Of a stretch of 64,000 nt of DNA, positions 20,427 to 29,071 are shown piece by piece. The stretch is from an uncultured Olsenella sp. Lineage in GTDB: Bacteria; Actinomycetota; Coriobacteriia; Coriobacteriales; Atopobiaceae. How positions within the stretch are numbered: the stretch's first letter is position 1; each line of letters opens with the position of its first letter. A program made the translations under genes and the position numbers. The DNA lies in contig ONBR01000001.1 of assembly GCA_900316105.1 (NCBI GenBank), positions 7,528 through 71,527 on the forward strand, given 5' to 3'. The notes under the pieces were generated by a model, which saw only the letters and a program-made list of their open reading frames with translations, ran no database searches and was not told where the DNA came from.

Positions 20427-22403
20427 CTAGGTCAGGGCAAGAACGTCGCAGACGTTCGCCTCGTCGAAGGTCACGTGGCTGGCGCCCGTAGCCTCCAGCT
20501 CGTAGAGGGCATGCGCTGCCAGATGCTCTGCCGCTTGTTCAAGCTCACGACAGCCCGGTACATCCTTGAAGTGGTCGATGATGCAATCCACCGCCCTGTC
20601 CGTAAGCTCGAACTCCTCGCCCCTCATCCCCAGATGACGCAAGATTTTTGGCATCGAGTACTCCAGGAAGATCGTGCGCTTCTCCTCGGGCGTATAGTCA
20701 TCGATCTTGATTACAGCAAAGCGCGAGAGCAGGGGTCCGCTGATCTTGCTTATGTCATTGGCAGTGGCAATGGGATAGACACCACTCGTAGGAATGGCGC
20801 ACTCGATGTAGTTGTCGGTAAAGCCCAAGTTGTCAAAGAGGGTCAAGAGTGCGTCCGCAGAGCTTCCGTTGGCTGAGCCGGCATCTGCCTTGTCCAGCTC
20901 GTTAATGACAAAGACCATATTTGAGCTGCCAGCATGCACGAAGGCGTCCATGATACGACCAGGCTTGGCATTGGAATAGATGCGGGCGCTGCCCGTAAGG
21001 GCGCTGGAATCGCGGATGGAGCTCATGTCCAGGACGGCCCAAGGAAGCTTGAGGATCTTTGCTACGGCATAGGCAATCTGGGACTTGCCCGTGCCCGCAG
21101 GACCCACCAGTAGAAGACCATAAAAGGGCAGGGTGTGGGTGCGGTTGATTTGGATGATGGTCTCGATGACCCGCTGCTTGACGGCGTCCAGGCCATAGAG
21201 CTCATCATCCAGAATCTTTCGGGCGGCTACAGGGTCGACCTCCTTGAAATAGGAGCTTCGCCACTGGACGCTCAGCATCAGGGAGAGGGCACGGGTGGCG
21301 TGACGACGCTCATCCTTTCCCGTGGTCTCGTCCTTGAGCAGGCGAAGGTTCTGGTAGGCCCAGGAGCGGATGTTCTCGGGCAGGGTGTCCTCCATGCAGG
21401 CGAGGTACTCGGCAATCTCGTCCCGCCGCGTGAGGGGCGGTGCGGGAAGCTCCTTGGCCTCCCTGCGCGGCTGCACCGTAGCCGTGCGCAGTCGCTCGAC
21501 CATAGTCTTTAACAAGCCTGGGGACATGCTGCGGTAGGAGTCCGAATCAGGCACGTCCTCAGCAGCGTGAAGGTTTGTGACCTCCAGGAGAAGGTCGCCC
21601 TCGGTACCGCGGGCGTCGACCGTAGCCGCGAGCGTGGGTGCATCGACCTGAACGCCCTCGGTCCCCGTCTTTGAGCCGGCAAGGTGACCCACCAGATAGA
21701 TGGCCACATGACGCTGGGCCAGTCGGGTCAGCAGCTTGCGAAAACGCAGGTCCAGGTAGGTAACGGGCAAGGCATGGAGGATGCCGTCCCTGTCCTTGAA
21801 CTCAAAGAGCAGCGAGTCGCCCTCACGGGCGAAGCCACCATAGACCTGCTCGAACTCCTGGGCGACAGGACTCTGCGTCCCCTCTAGCTCACGAATGAGC
21901 TTGGGGTTCACTGGCGAGTTCAAACTGGCAGAAAACTCCTCGTTCTTGTGACGAATGGCATCAGAGATGCGGGCGAAGGAGTCGGAGCCGGCGAAACCAC
22001 TGACCAAGAGCTGGGCCAGGGCAGTCGCGGGCATGCCCCGCGGTATGGCCATTAACATAATGGTGCCAAGAGCCTGTTCGGCAGACGCATCTACGGCGTT
22101 TGACGCACCAGCCGCTCCGGCTCCGTGCACGCGTTCCAGAACCTCCATGCCCAGGTAGGTCCGAAGGACCTCATCCACGTCCGCACTGGACAGATTGTCG
22201 CCGCTCTTTGCACGCAGCTCGTCCCAAAAGTCCCTGAGGCTCTGCTGGTCTTCCTCGCTTACATTGTCCGCAAAGCGGAGGTGATGGCGTCTGAGCACCG
22301 TAGCAAGGTCATGCTTGCCGGAAAGGTCTAGCCGACCACCTTCCGGCATCCGGCTCGTTGCCTGCCCCTGCTCCTCGGTCTTGCTCGTTTGGCTCGTGGG
22401 CAT
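20427..22403 (-). CDS. Lon-type AAA+ ATPase lacking a protease domain
   Basis: The sequence GLLLVGPAGTGKSQ ... VFVINELDKAD ... ADALLTLFDNLGFTDNY ... YPIATAND ... LLSRFAVIKIDDYTPEEK aligns motif-for-motif with the Lon ATPase module. The ORF ends about 25 aa after the lid subdomain. Confidence 0.8.
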   Translation of the reverse strand: MPTSQTSKTEEQGQATSRMPEGGRLDLSGKHDLATVLRRHHLRFADNVSEEDQQSLRDFWDELRAKSGDNLSSADVDEVLRTYLGMEVLERVHGAGAAGASNAVDASAEQALGTIMLMAIPRGMPATALAQLLVSGFAGSDSFARISDAIRHKNEEFSASLNSPVNPKLIRELEGTQSPVAQEFEQVYGGFAREGDSLLFEFKDRDGILHALPVTYLDLRFRKLLTRLAQRHVAIYLVGHLAGSKTGTEGVQVDAPTLAATVDARGTEGDLLLEVTNLHAAEDVPDSDSYRSMSPGLLKTMVERLRTATVQPRREAKELPAPPLTRRDEIAEYLACMEDTLPENIRSWAYQNLRLLKDETTGKDERRHATRALSLMLSVQWRSSYFKEVDPVAARKILDDELYGLDAVKQRVIETIIQINRTHTLPFYGLLLVGPAGTGKSQIAYAVAKILKLPWAVLDMSSIRDSSALTGSARIYSNAKPGRIMDAFVHAGSSNMVFVINELDKADAGSANGSSADALLTLFDNLGFTDNYIECAIPTSGVYPIATANDISKISGPLLSRFAVIKIDDYTPEEKRTIFLEYSMPKILRHLGMRGEEFELTDRAVDCIIDHFKDVPGCRELEQAAEHLAAHALYELEATGASHVTFDEANVCDVLALT

Positions 22404-22427
22404 GTCTTTGCTCCCTGTTTGCTGCCC

Positions 22428-23594
22428 CTACCTTGTCAGCCTCTTGCGCATTTTCTTGCGATACAGGTCGTCATCGGCAACGGCAATAAAGTCCTCTGGC
22501 GTCTTCATATAGTCCTTATACCATGCGACTCCCGCAGAAAGAGAAAGCTCACACGCCAGATGCTCCGCAGCGCTGCATTCGTCAATCTCCTTGTCGATGA
22601 GACCCAGATACTCAGGCAGGTCCGAGGAATCGATTTGCATGCAGATCATGAACTCATCTCCGCCATAGCGGGCCAGAATAGCGTTCTTGTGCGCCGAGAG
22701 TGAATGTCCCAGAGCTTGCGCGGTTACCTTGATCGCCTGGTCCCCCGTCAGGTGACCATAGTGGTCGTTAATCTTTTTGAAGCAATCTATGTCCAGCATG
22801 ATGACGCGGAGGTTCTGGGTGTGGCTTCCCTGCATGTAGCGGCTCACCCTATCGAGCATCTGGTCTCGATTGTTGATGCCCGTCAGGGGATCCAGAGAGA
22901 TCAGCTGGTCCAGATAGCCCACATATATGAACAATATGGCCATCGTGTTGCTCACGGCCAGGTAGGGCAGACTGCCAAAGAGCGGACGAAGAACGACGAA
23001 AACGAAGGGTATGACGGGATAGGTGGAAATCAGAAGTATCTTTCGGCATTGCGGACGAGACATATGACGACGCGCAAAGAGATAGGCAGACACGGCGAAG
23101 ACGATCTGTACCGCAAAGAGGTACACGGTTTGGAGCAGCGCGGTAGGAGATTGAACGACCTGACCGTCCTGCAGATAATAGAAGAGGTGCGTGAACCGTG
23201 ATGTGGCATTGAGAAAAACCATTGTGATCGTGGAGACGTTAATTGCAAGCAGGAGACGCCTTCGGACGGAATCGTTCAACCCAAGGCTATAGCTCATGTA
23301 GACGAACCACGACCGAATGGCCATGTTGAGGACGATGTAATACACAGCATAGTTCGCGGAGGAGATTGAAGCCCGTAAGCTAGGATCAACTGACGTCGCA
23401 AGCAGGTAGGGGGCAAAGGCGTTGACCCCCAGGACAGCGATATGCCAAATCAGCATATTGCGGAACTTGAGCTGGGAAATCTGGCGATCATCTCTGATGA
23501 GGACGCGACAGAGGATAAACGTCAGGATAGCCAGACAGAAAAGGTTAAGCTCCAACGCAAGTTTCTCTACCGTCATCGTCATACCCCATGTCAT
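22428..23594 (-). CDS. Membrane-anchored diguanylate cyclase (multi-TM N-terminus plus GGDEF)
   Basis: LTGINNRDQ...LDIDCFKKINDHYGHLTGD...RYGGDEF, with about 7 hydrophobic segments N-terminally. The start could instead be one of the nearby downstream ATGs. Confidence 0.85.
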   Translation of the reverse strand: MTWGMTMTVEKLALELNLFCLAILTFILCRVLIRDDRQISQLKFRNMLIWHIAVLGVNAFAPYLLATSVDPSLRASISSANYAVYYIVLNMAIRSWFVYMSYSLGLNDSVRRRLLLAINVSTITMVFLNATSRFTHLFYYLQDGQVVQSPTALLQTVYLFAVQIVFAVSAYLFARRHMSRPQCRKILLISTYPVIPFVFVVLRPLFGSLPYLAVSNTMAILFIYVGYLDQLISLDPLTGINNRDQMLDRVSRYMQGSHTQNLRVIMLDIDCFKKINDHYGHLTGDQAIKVTAQALGHSLSAHKNAILARYGGDEFMICMQIDSSDLPEYLGLIDKEIDECSAAEHLACELSLSAGVAWYKDYMKTPEDFIAVADDDLYRKKMRKRLTR

Positions 23595-23671
23595 GAAAGT
23601 GTGTTTTGTTCAAAGAAGCGTTAAACGAAATACATTTACGGCGCCTAAACATTGTAACGCCTGCATACGAC

Positions 23672-23700
23672 AAAAAGGGAACCTGCCAGAAGCAGGTCCC
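23672..23700 (-). terminator. Intrinsic terminator after the SpoVAC/AEB-like gene
   Basis: Minus-strand hairpin GGGACCTGC-UUCUG-GCAGGTTCCC followed by TTTTTGTCG. Confidence 0.65.
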
Positions 23701-23751
23701 TCACTTGAGCCTCTGAGATGCAGATGGCACAGATTGGCGATTCCTCTAGCC

Positions 23752-24531
23752 CTACTTCTCGCCCTTGACCTTGAGATTGAGGTTTGCGGCAAGGATGCCA
23801 AAGAACGCAAGGGCAAAGAAGGTACCCCAGGTGATGATCAGCATGAGCGGGCCCTGGAGGAAGCAGAGGGCCGTCGTGGCCTCGACTGCCTGGCCAGCAC
23901 CAAGAATCAGGACCTTGAAGCTGTAGCCGCCCAGGGAAGCCAACACGTCGGTGAGGCCAAAGAGCGAGAGGATGCCGCCCAGGGACTGGCTGAAGAGCAG
24001 GAAGTCGGGCATGGCAGGCTGGCCCACGGCATCATAGAGAAGCTGCCAGAAAAGACAGACAAGGCCAGCGACAACAAAGCCCGCGCAGAGCGCGACTGGC
24101 ATGGAGACGGCCTCGGGAGCCAGGACCTTGGGGAAGGGCACGAAGTTTGCCAGGACACCGGCAACCATGTTGATGATGCTGGAGAGGACAATGACGTGGA
24201 AGAAGAGCTTTCCCACACCCTTCATGCCGCCCGAAAAGCCACCACCATTGGCATGACCGGCCTGGAAGGCGTCAGCGATGCCGCAGGCAAAGCCATTGAA
24301 GGGGAGGATGGAGCCAAAGCCCGACACGGCAGCCAGCTTCTGATGAATGCCAGGGGTATAGAGGATGACCGCCAGGACGCCCAGACAGATAAGGGTCATG
24401 GGGGCGGCAAAGGCCACGCCTACCACTCCCTCGAGAGCAACGCCAATCAGCTGGGCGATCACTCCATACACGCCACCTACCAAGAAGTTCAGGCCAAGAA
24501 GCTTTCCCTTGGACTCCCTTTGCTCTGCCAT
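23752..24531 (-). CDS. Polytopic membrane protein with two SpoVAC/SpoVAEB-like halves
   Basis: FLVGGVYGVIAQL ... GFGSILPFNGFACGIADAF resembles the SpoVAC/AEB FLVGGxICxxGQ ... GAGxxVPITGFxN pattern, and the second half repeats it more weakly. The assignment is from memory of the family. Confidence 0.5.
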   Translation of the reverse strand: MAEQRESKGKLLGLNFLVGGVYGVIAQLIGVALEGVVGVAFAAPMTLICLGVLAVILYTPGIHQKLAAVSGFGSILPFNGFACGIADAFQAGHANGGGFSGGMKGVGKLFFHVIVLSSIINMVAGVLANFVPFPKVLAPEAVSMPVALCAGFVVAGLVCLFWQLLYDAVGQPAMPDFLLFSQSLGGILSLFGLTDVLASLGGYSFKVLILGAGQAVEATTALCFLQGPLMLIITWGTFFALAFFGILAANLNLKVKGEK

Positions 24532-24688
24532 GCGGCTCCCCCTTCACACGCGAATTCCGCGCATAGTGATGCCTTTACAAGTTGACTATTATCTGGTACC
24601 CAAGGTCATCGCGGGTCATGCGAAAGAACAGAATCAAAAGCCCAGGGACAGAGAATTCCGTACTTGCAGACAAGTGTTTCAACCAAAA

Positions 24689-24732
24689 GGGGTACTCCCT
24701 TATGGATATCAATATCCATAAGGGAGTACCCC
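24689..24732. repeat. 44-bp palindrome of the same family as 11293-11370; likely also the terminator of the binding-protein gene
   Basis: GGGGTACTCCCTTATGGATAT-CA-ATATCCATAAGGGAGTACCCC with 21-bp arms. On the minus strand it is followed by TTTTGG. It shares an exact 20-mer with 11316-11335. Confidence 0.9.
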
Positions 24733-24774
24733 TCTTGGATACCCCGTGGATAAGCCGCTTGTTATGCGACGAGA

Positions 24775-25608
24775 CTAAAGGGCGGCACCGAACCAGTCGG
24801 TCTCGATCTTGTCCATGGTGCCGTCGTCCTGCAACTCCTTGATGGCCTTGTTCAAGGCCTCGGTCAGCTTGGGGTTGTCCTTGGAGACAGCGACGCCATA
24901 CTGCTCGCCGGTAGGAATCTCCTTGATGACCTCAAGGTCGGGGAAGGAATTCTTGAGCATGTACTGTGCGATGGGAAGGTCGATCACGAAGGCGTTGAAG
25001 GTACCAGTCTGGACACCGGTCAGGCAGGCGGTGACTTCGTCCAGAGGCTTCTTCGTAGCCTTGGAGAGGTGCTCGTCAATCCACTCGTCGCCAGTGGTAC
25101 CACTTTGGCAGACAACGGACTTGGAGGGATCATTGAGGGACTGGTCGGTCTCGCCGGAGCCCTTCTTTGCCACGATGGCCTGGTTGGAGTCAAGGTAGGG
25201 ATCGGTAAAGTCGACGGACTCCTTGCGCTCGTCGTTAATCGTGATGCCGGCGATGGCCACATCGGCCTTGCCACCCTGCTGGATGGTGGGAATCAGGGTA
25301 TCGTACTTCTGGTTGGGCAGGTAGGTGGTCTCCAGGCCAAGCTTCTTGCCCAGGGCCTTTGCGAAGTCGACATCGAAGCCCAGGGGCTCGCCGGTCTTGT
25401 CGTCCATGTACTCAAGGGGAGCAAAGCCCAGCTCGGCGACGACGGTAAGCTTGCCGGGGGTCACCAGGGTGTAGGAGTCATCCTTGGAGTCAGCAGACTG
25501 GGCCTTGTCATCACCCTTGTTGGAGTTGCCACCGCAACCAGCGAGAACAGCGGCACCAGCAAGGGCGCCCAGGCCCTTTACAAACGTACGACGGTCGATG
25601 TTGGTCAT
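24775..25608 (-). CDS. ABC transporter amino-acid-binding lipoprotein (family 3 SBP)
   Basis: Tat-like RRTFVKG plus an LAGC lipobox; family 3 substrate-binding-protein (SBP) pattern (GFDVDFAKALGKKLG, TINDERK). Confidence 0.9.
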   Translation of the reverse strand: MTNIDRRTFVKGLGALAGAAVLAGCGGNSNKGDDKAQSADSKDDSYTLVTPGKLTVVAELGFAPLEYMDDKTGEPLGFDVDFAKALGKKLGLETTYLPNQKYDTLIPTIQQGGKADVAIAGITINDERKESVDFTDPYLDSNQAIVAKKGSGETDQSLNDPSKSVVCQSGTTGDEWIDEHLSKATKKPLDEVTACLTGVQTGTFNAFVIDLPIAQYMLKNSFPDLEVIKEIPTGEQYGVAVSKDNPKLTEALNKAIKELQDDGTMDKIETDWFGAAL

Positions 25609-25732
25609 TTGCGTCTCCTTACTCGTAATCCATCATCAGAAAACCCTAAGCTTTATAGTCATCGTCCCAGTGTCGCACTCCCCAGCTCGGCGACTCCCAT
25701 CACCCCTCAGAGTTAACAAGCACGTTATCTAT

Positions 25733-25757
25733 GAAAAAGGCGCGCGAAGCGCGCGCC
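25733..25757 (-). terminator. Intrinsic terminator between cysE and the binding-protein gene
   Basis: Minus-strand GGCGCGCG-CUU-CGCGCGCC followed by TTTTTCAT. Confidence 0.6.
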
Positions 25758-25962
25758 AATCGCCCCTCCCCGTTGCAAAGACCCGAACACGGGGCGAATC
25801 CTGAACAAGGAGGGGAGGCCCCGACCGTTCCTCCAGGCGCAGTTCGCGCGAAGCGAGCTGTTTGAGCACTGGAGAATCGGATGGGCCAAGGAAGCCGTAC
25901 CCATACGTAACGCCGTTTTCACGGCTGGGTACCCTGCGGGCAACAAAAGTCCGACGTAGGAG

Positions 25963-26916
25963 CTAAATCACATAGAACCACTGTGGCTCGGGCTCGTCAG
26001 GGCGATGGACCACGATCTCCTGGTCCTTGAGCTTCACGTGAGCGTTCTCGGGCACGGACTCGCACACGAAAGCCGAGCCACTGATGACAGCACCATTGCC
26101 AATGATCGTCTCGCCACCCAGGATCGAGGCGTTAGAGTAGACCGTCACATAGTCCCCCAGGGTGGGATGACGCTTCACTCCCGAGAGCTGCTGGCCCTTG
26201 CGGGTGGAAAGGGCACCCAGGGTGACGCCCTGGTAGAGCTTGACATGGTCACCGATGATCGTCGTCTCGCCGACGACGATGCCCGTGCCATGATCTATGA
26301 AGAAGTACTCGCCAATGGTGGCTCCGGGATTGATGTCTATGCCCGTCTTGCTGTGGGCATGCTCGGTCATCAGGCGCGGAATCAGGGGGACATCCAGCTG
26401 ATAGAGGACATGCGCCAGCCTATAGACAAAGATGGCATACAGGCCGGGATAGGAGACCAGTACCTCCTCGTAGCTACCCGCAGCGGGATCGCCCTCATAG
26501 AGAGCCTGGATGTCCTTGAGCAGGAGTGACTGGACCTCGGGCAGCTCGTCCATGAACTTCATGGTGAGCCCTGCGGCACGCTCATAGGCCTCCGCATGCC
26601 TGAGCTCGTTGTTTCCGAACATCAGGGCATTGCACACCTGGTCGCGGACAACACGATTGATATGGAGGAGACGTTCGGCAACGAGCACATCGGAGCTCTC
26701 CCCCGCCTTGCTGTCATCATCAAAGTAACCAGGAAACATGATGGTACGGAGATCGCTGATCACCCGGATGATTTGACTGCGGTTGGGAAAATGCTTCTTC
26801 GGCTCGCCAAAGAGCTCCTTCTCGGACTCATAGCCCGAAAGGAACCTGGAGACAATGCTGTCGAGCTTCTCTTCTTGCACGATAACTCCCATCCATGGTG
26901 CGACCGATAGCGCCAA
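25963..26916 (-). CDS. cysE: Serine O-acetyltransferase
   Basis: Hexapeptide-repeat core GIDINPGATIGEYFFIDHGTGIVVGETTIIGDHVKLYQGVTLG plus the SATase N-domain. The exact start is uncertain (26916, 26892 or GTG 26880). Confidence 0.9.
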   Translation of the reverse strand: MALSVAPWMGVIVQEEKLDSIVSRFLSGYESEKELFGEPKKHFPNRSQIIRVISDLRTIMFPGYFDDDSKAGESSDVLVAERLLHINRVVRDQVCNALMFGNNELRHAEAYERAAGLTMKFMDELPEVQSLLLKDIQALYEGDPAAGSYEEVLVSYPGLYAIFVYRLAHVLYQLDVPLIPRLMTEHAHSKTGIDINPGATIGEYFFIDHGTGIVVGETTIIGDHVKLYQGVTLGALSTRKGQQLSGVKRHPTLGDYVTVYSNASILGGETIIGNGAVISGSAFVCESVPENAHVKLKDQEIVVHRPDEPEPQWFYVI

Positions 26917-26968
26917 TATGGGAATTCTATACCCATTTGTTTGGTGGGAATTTCAAAAGCCCAATCAC

Positions 26969-29041
26969 TCACTCTGGCAAACCGCCAATGGCCTCTGCCA
27001 TGGACGCGGGCCTGCCAAGATAGTTTCCCTGAAGGGCACTAAAGCCAATATCCCCAAGCCACACAGGCTCGTCTGCCATTCCGACACCCACTGCAACGGA
27101 GCCCAAGCCAATTTCCTTGACAGTTCCAGCAACCCCTTTGAGCACACTCCGCACGCGATCATCTGAGAGGTCGATCTTTCGGAGGTCGACACGGACGAAC
27201 TTCACCTGGAGTCGCATGATGTCACTTACCGAAACCGAATCACCCGATAGGTTTGCGAGGGTCAAATAGCCCCCATCCTCGAAGCGCTCGAGATGGGCAT
27301 TCACCGAATCAATGCCCCTATGCATGGCAGAGGGGGCCAGAATCAACCCGAGCTCACGGTGCTCGATGCCAAAGGAATCCAGAATCTGGTCGACGTTCTC
27401 ATGCAAGTCGGGTCGGTCAAGGGAGCTACCGCTCAGATTGACCTGAATACAAGGAGTCGCCTCGCCCTTTGATTTGAGGTCCGCCAGCGCCTGGCACGCC
27501 TTCTTGAGAACGAAGAGGTCAAGCTGGTCGAGCAGACCAGCCTCCTCAAAGGCAGGAATGAAATCCTTGGGCATGAGGACCCCCAACTTCGGGTCATCCC
27601 AACGGGCCAATGCCTCCAAGCTGGTGACGCTACCGCTGACTGCCCCGATGATGGGCTGGTAGACGACCTTGATCCAGTCCCTCTCCAAAGCCACGTCTAG
27701 GTGTGAGAGGACATACTCCCTCATTTCGACAGACCTGCTGACTCTGGCGTCATATACGTGACAGCACGCGTCGCAATCGTCACGATAGAAGTGCATCGCC
27801 TGTTGGGCGCGTTCCGAGCAAAGGTTCACGTCCTCGTCATCACTGACCACATAGATGCCACAGGATATTCCTGCCGTGTGCTTGCCCTGGCCCTCAAAGA
27901 CCCTCTTTCCAAGCATCTCCAGCCGCCCGATGACATCGGTCCCTCCCGTCACCAGAACGAAGCAATCGCCATCCACGCGGACAACAAGGTCACTAGGAAA
28001 CTCATCGACAAGCTCCGAAGCCACGGAACGGAGAAGGTCATTTCCCGCAAAGAAGCCAAAGCGGGCATTATAGATGCTCATGGATCGAACGTCACAGTAG
28101 GCAACGACTGGCTCAAGGCCACGCGAGCGCAGGCTTTCGATCATGTGATTTCCGGCATTCACCAGGTAGTTTGCATTTGGCAGCTCGGTCAAGTCGTCAC
28201 GAAAGAGGTCCATGCCACGGTCTTCGGCTTCGGACCTTCTCTTGTCGGCGTACATGATCTTGTCGGTCTGACGTAGGGTCTCCTCATCCAATCCCCCATC
28301 ACCCAGCTTGTGATAGCCAACGGCTATTTGGGGTTCGGTGCGCAGATCAAGCTCCACCGCATAGCGACGAATGCGCTCGCGAATGCGACGGACAAGGTCG
28401 TCGGCACCCTCATCATTGTAAACGCAGGCAATGATCAGGAACTCATCCCCGCCATAACGGCAGGCATAGCCGGGTATGTCAGATGACCTGATGGTGTCAT
28501 TGATGGCGCGTCCCACCGTAGAGATGGACTTGTCGCCTTCTACGTGACCATGTGCATCGTTGGTCGCCTTGAGGCCGTTGAGGTCAATCATAAAGACGTA
28601 TCCACCACGAGCGCCCCCGCCAGTCAGTCTGTGAGTCTCGAGCTTACGCCTCATCCAGCCTCGCTGCATGAGTCCCGTCAGAGGATCGGTCATGATGCGC
28701 TGCATGGTAAAGGCGATGAACATATAGCCCAGACCCGCCGTGGCAAAGTATGCGTAGAGCGGCGCCTCGACAACCGTGGTCTCGATGACCCCTCCAACGA
28801 TCATGAGCAAGGGAAAGATGGTCAGCATGATGTAGAGCTGCTGGTCTGGAAGGCCACGATGGCGCCACATGCCAATGGCAGAAAAGACGATGACGACAAG
28901 TCCGTAAATCGCAGGCCCCAGGAGAAAGACCAATTGGAAAGCCGGTGTAAGCTCTCCCGCAGAAGTGGCAACGAGGCCAACGTCGATGACGGGCATTACG
29001 ATCATCACCAGCGAGCAGACGACGCCTAGCGCCCCCACCAT
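26969..29041 (-). CDS. Membrane GGDEF / degenerate GGDEF / degenerate EAL protein (downstream part of a split gene)
   Basis: Contains RYGGDEFLII, then a second domain with DGDCF in place of GGDEF, then YQPI...LEALARW...VNLS with the later EAL catalytic motifs missing. Confidence 0.85.
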   Translation of the reverse strand: MVGALGVVCSLVMIVMPVIDVGLVATSAGELTPAFQLVFLLGPAIYGLVVIVFSAIGMWRHRGLPDQQLYIMLTIFPLLMIVGGVIETTVVEAPLYAYFATAGLGYMFIAFTMQRIMTDPLTGLMQRGWMRRKLETHRLTGGGARGGYVFMIDLNGLKATNDAHGHVEGDKSISTVGRAINDTIRSSDIPGYACRYGGDEFLIIACVYNDEGADDLVRRIRERIRRYAVELDLRTEPQIAVGYHKLGDGGLDEETLRQTDKIMYADKRRSEAEDRGMDLFRDDLTELPNANYLVNAGNHMIESLRSRGLEPVVAYCDVRSMSIYNARFGFFAGNDLLRSVASELVDEFPSDLVVRVDGDCFVLVTGGTDVIGRLEMLGKRVFEGQGKHTAGISCGIYVVSDDEDVNLCSERAQQAMHFYRDDCDACCHVYDARVSRSVEMREYVLSHLDVALERDWIKVVYQPIIGAVSGSVTSLEALARWDDPKLGVLMPKDFIPAFEEAGLLDQLDLFVLKKACQALADLKSKGEATPCIQVNLSGSSLDRPDLHENVDQILDSFGIEHRELGLILAPSAMHRGIDSVNAHLERFEDGGYLTLANLSGDSVSVSDIMRLQVKFVRVDLRKIDLSDDRVRSVLKGVAGTVKEIGLGSVAVGVGMADEPVWLGDIGFSALQGNYLGRPASMAEAIGGLPE

Positions 29042-29071
29042 CGAGCGGTTTTGCCCATTGGAAAAGAAGTC

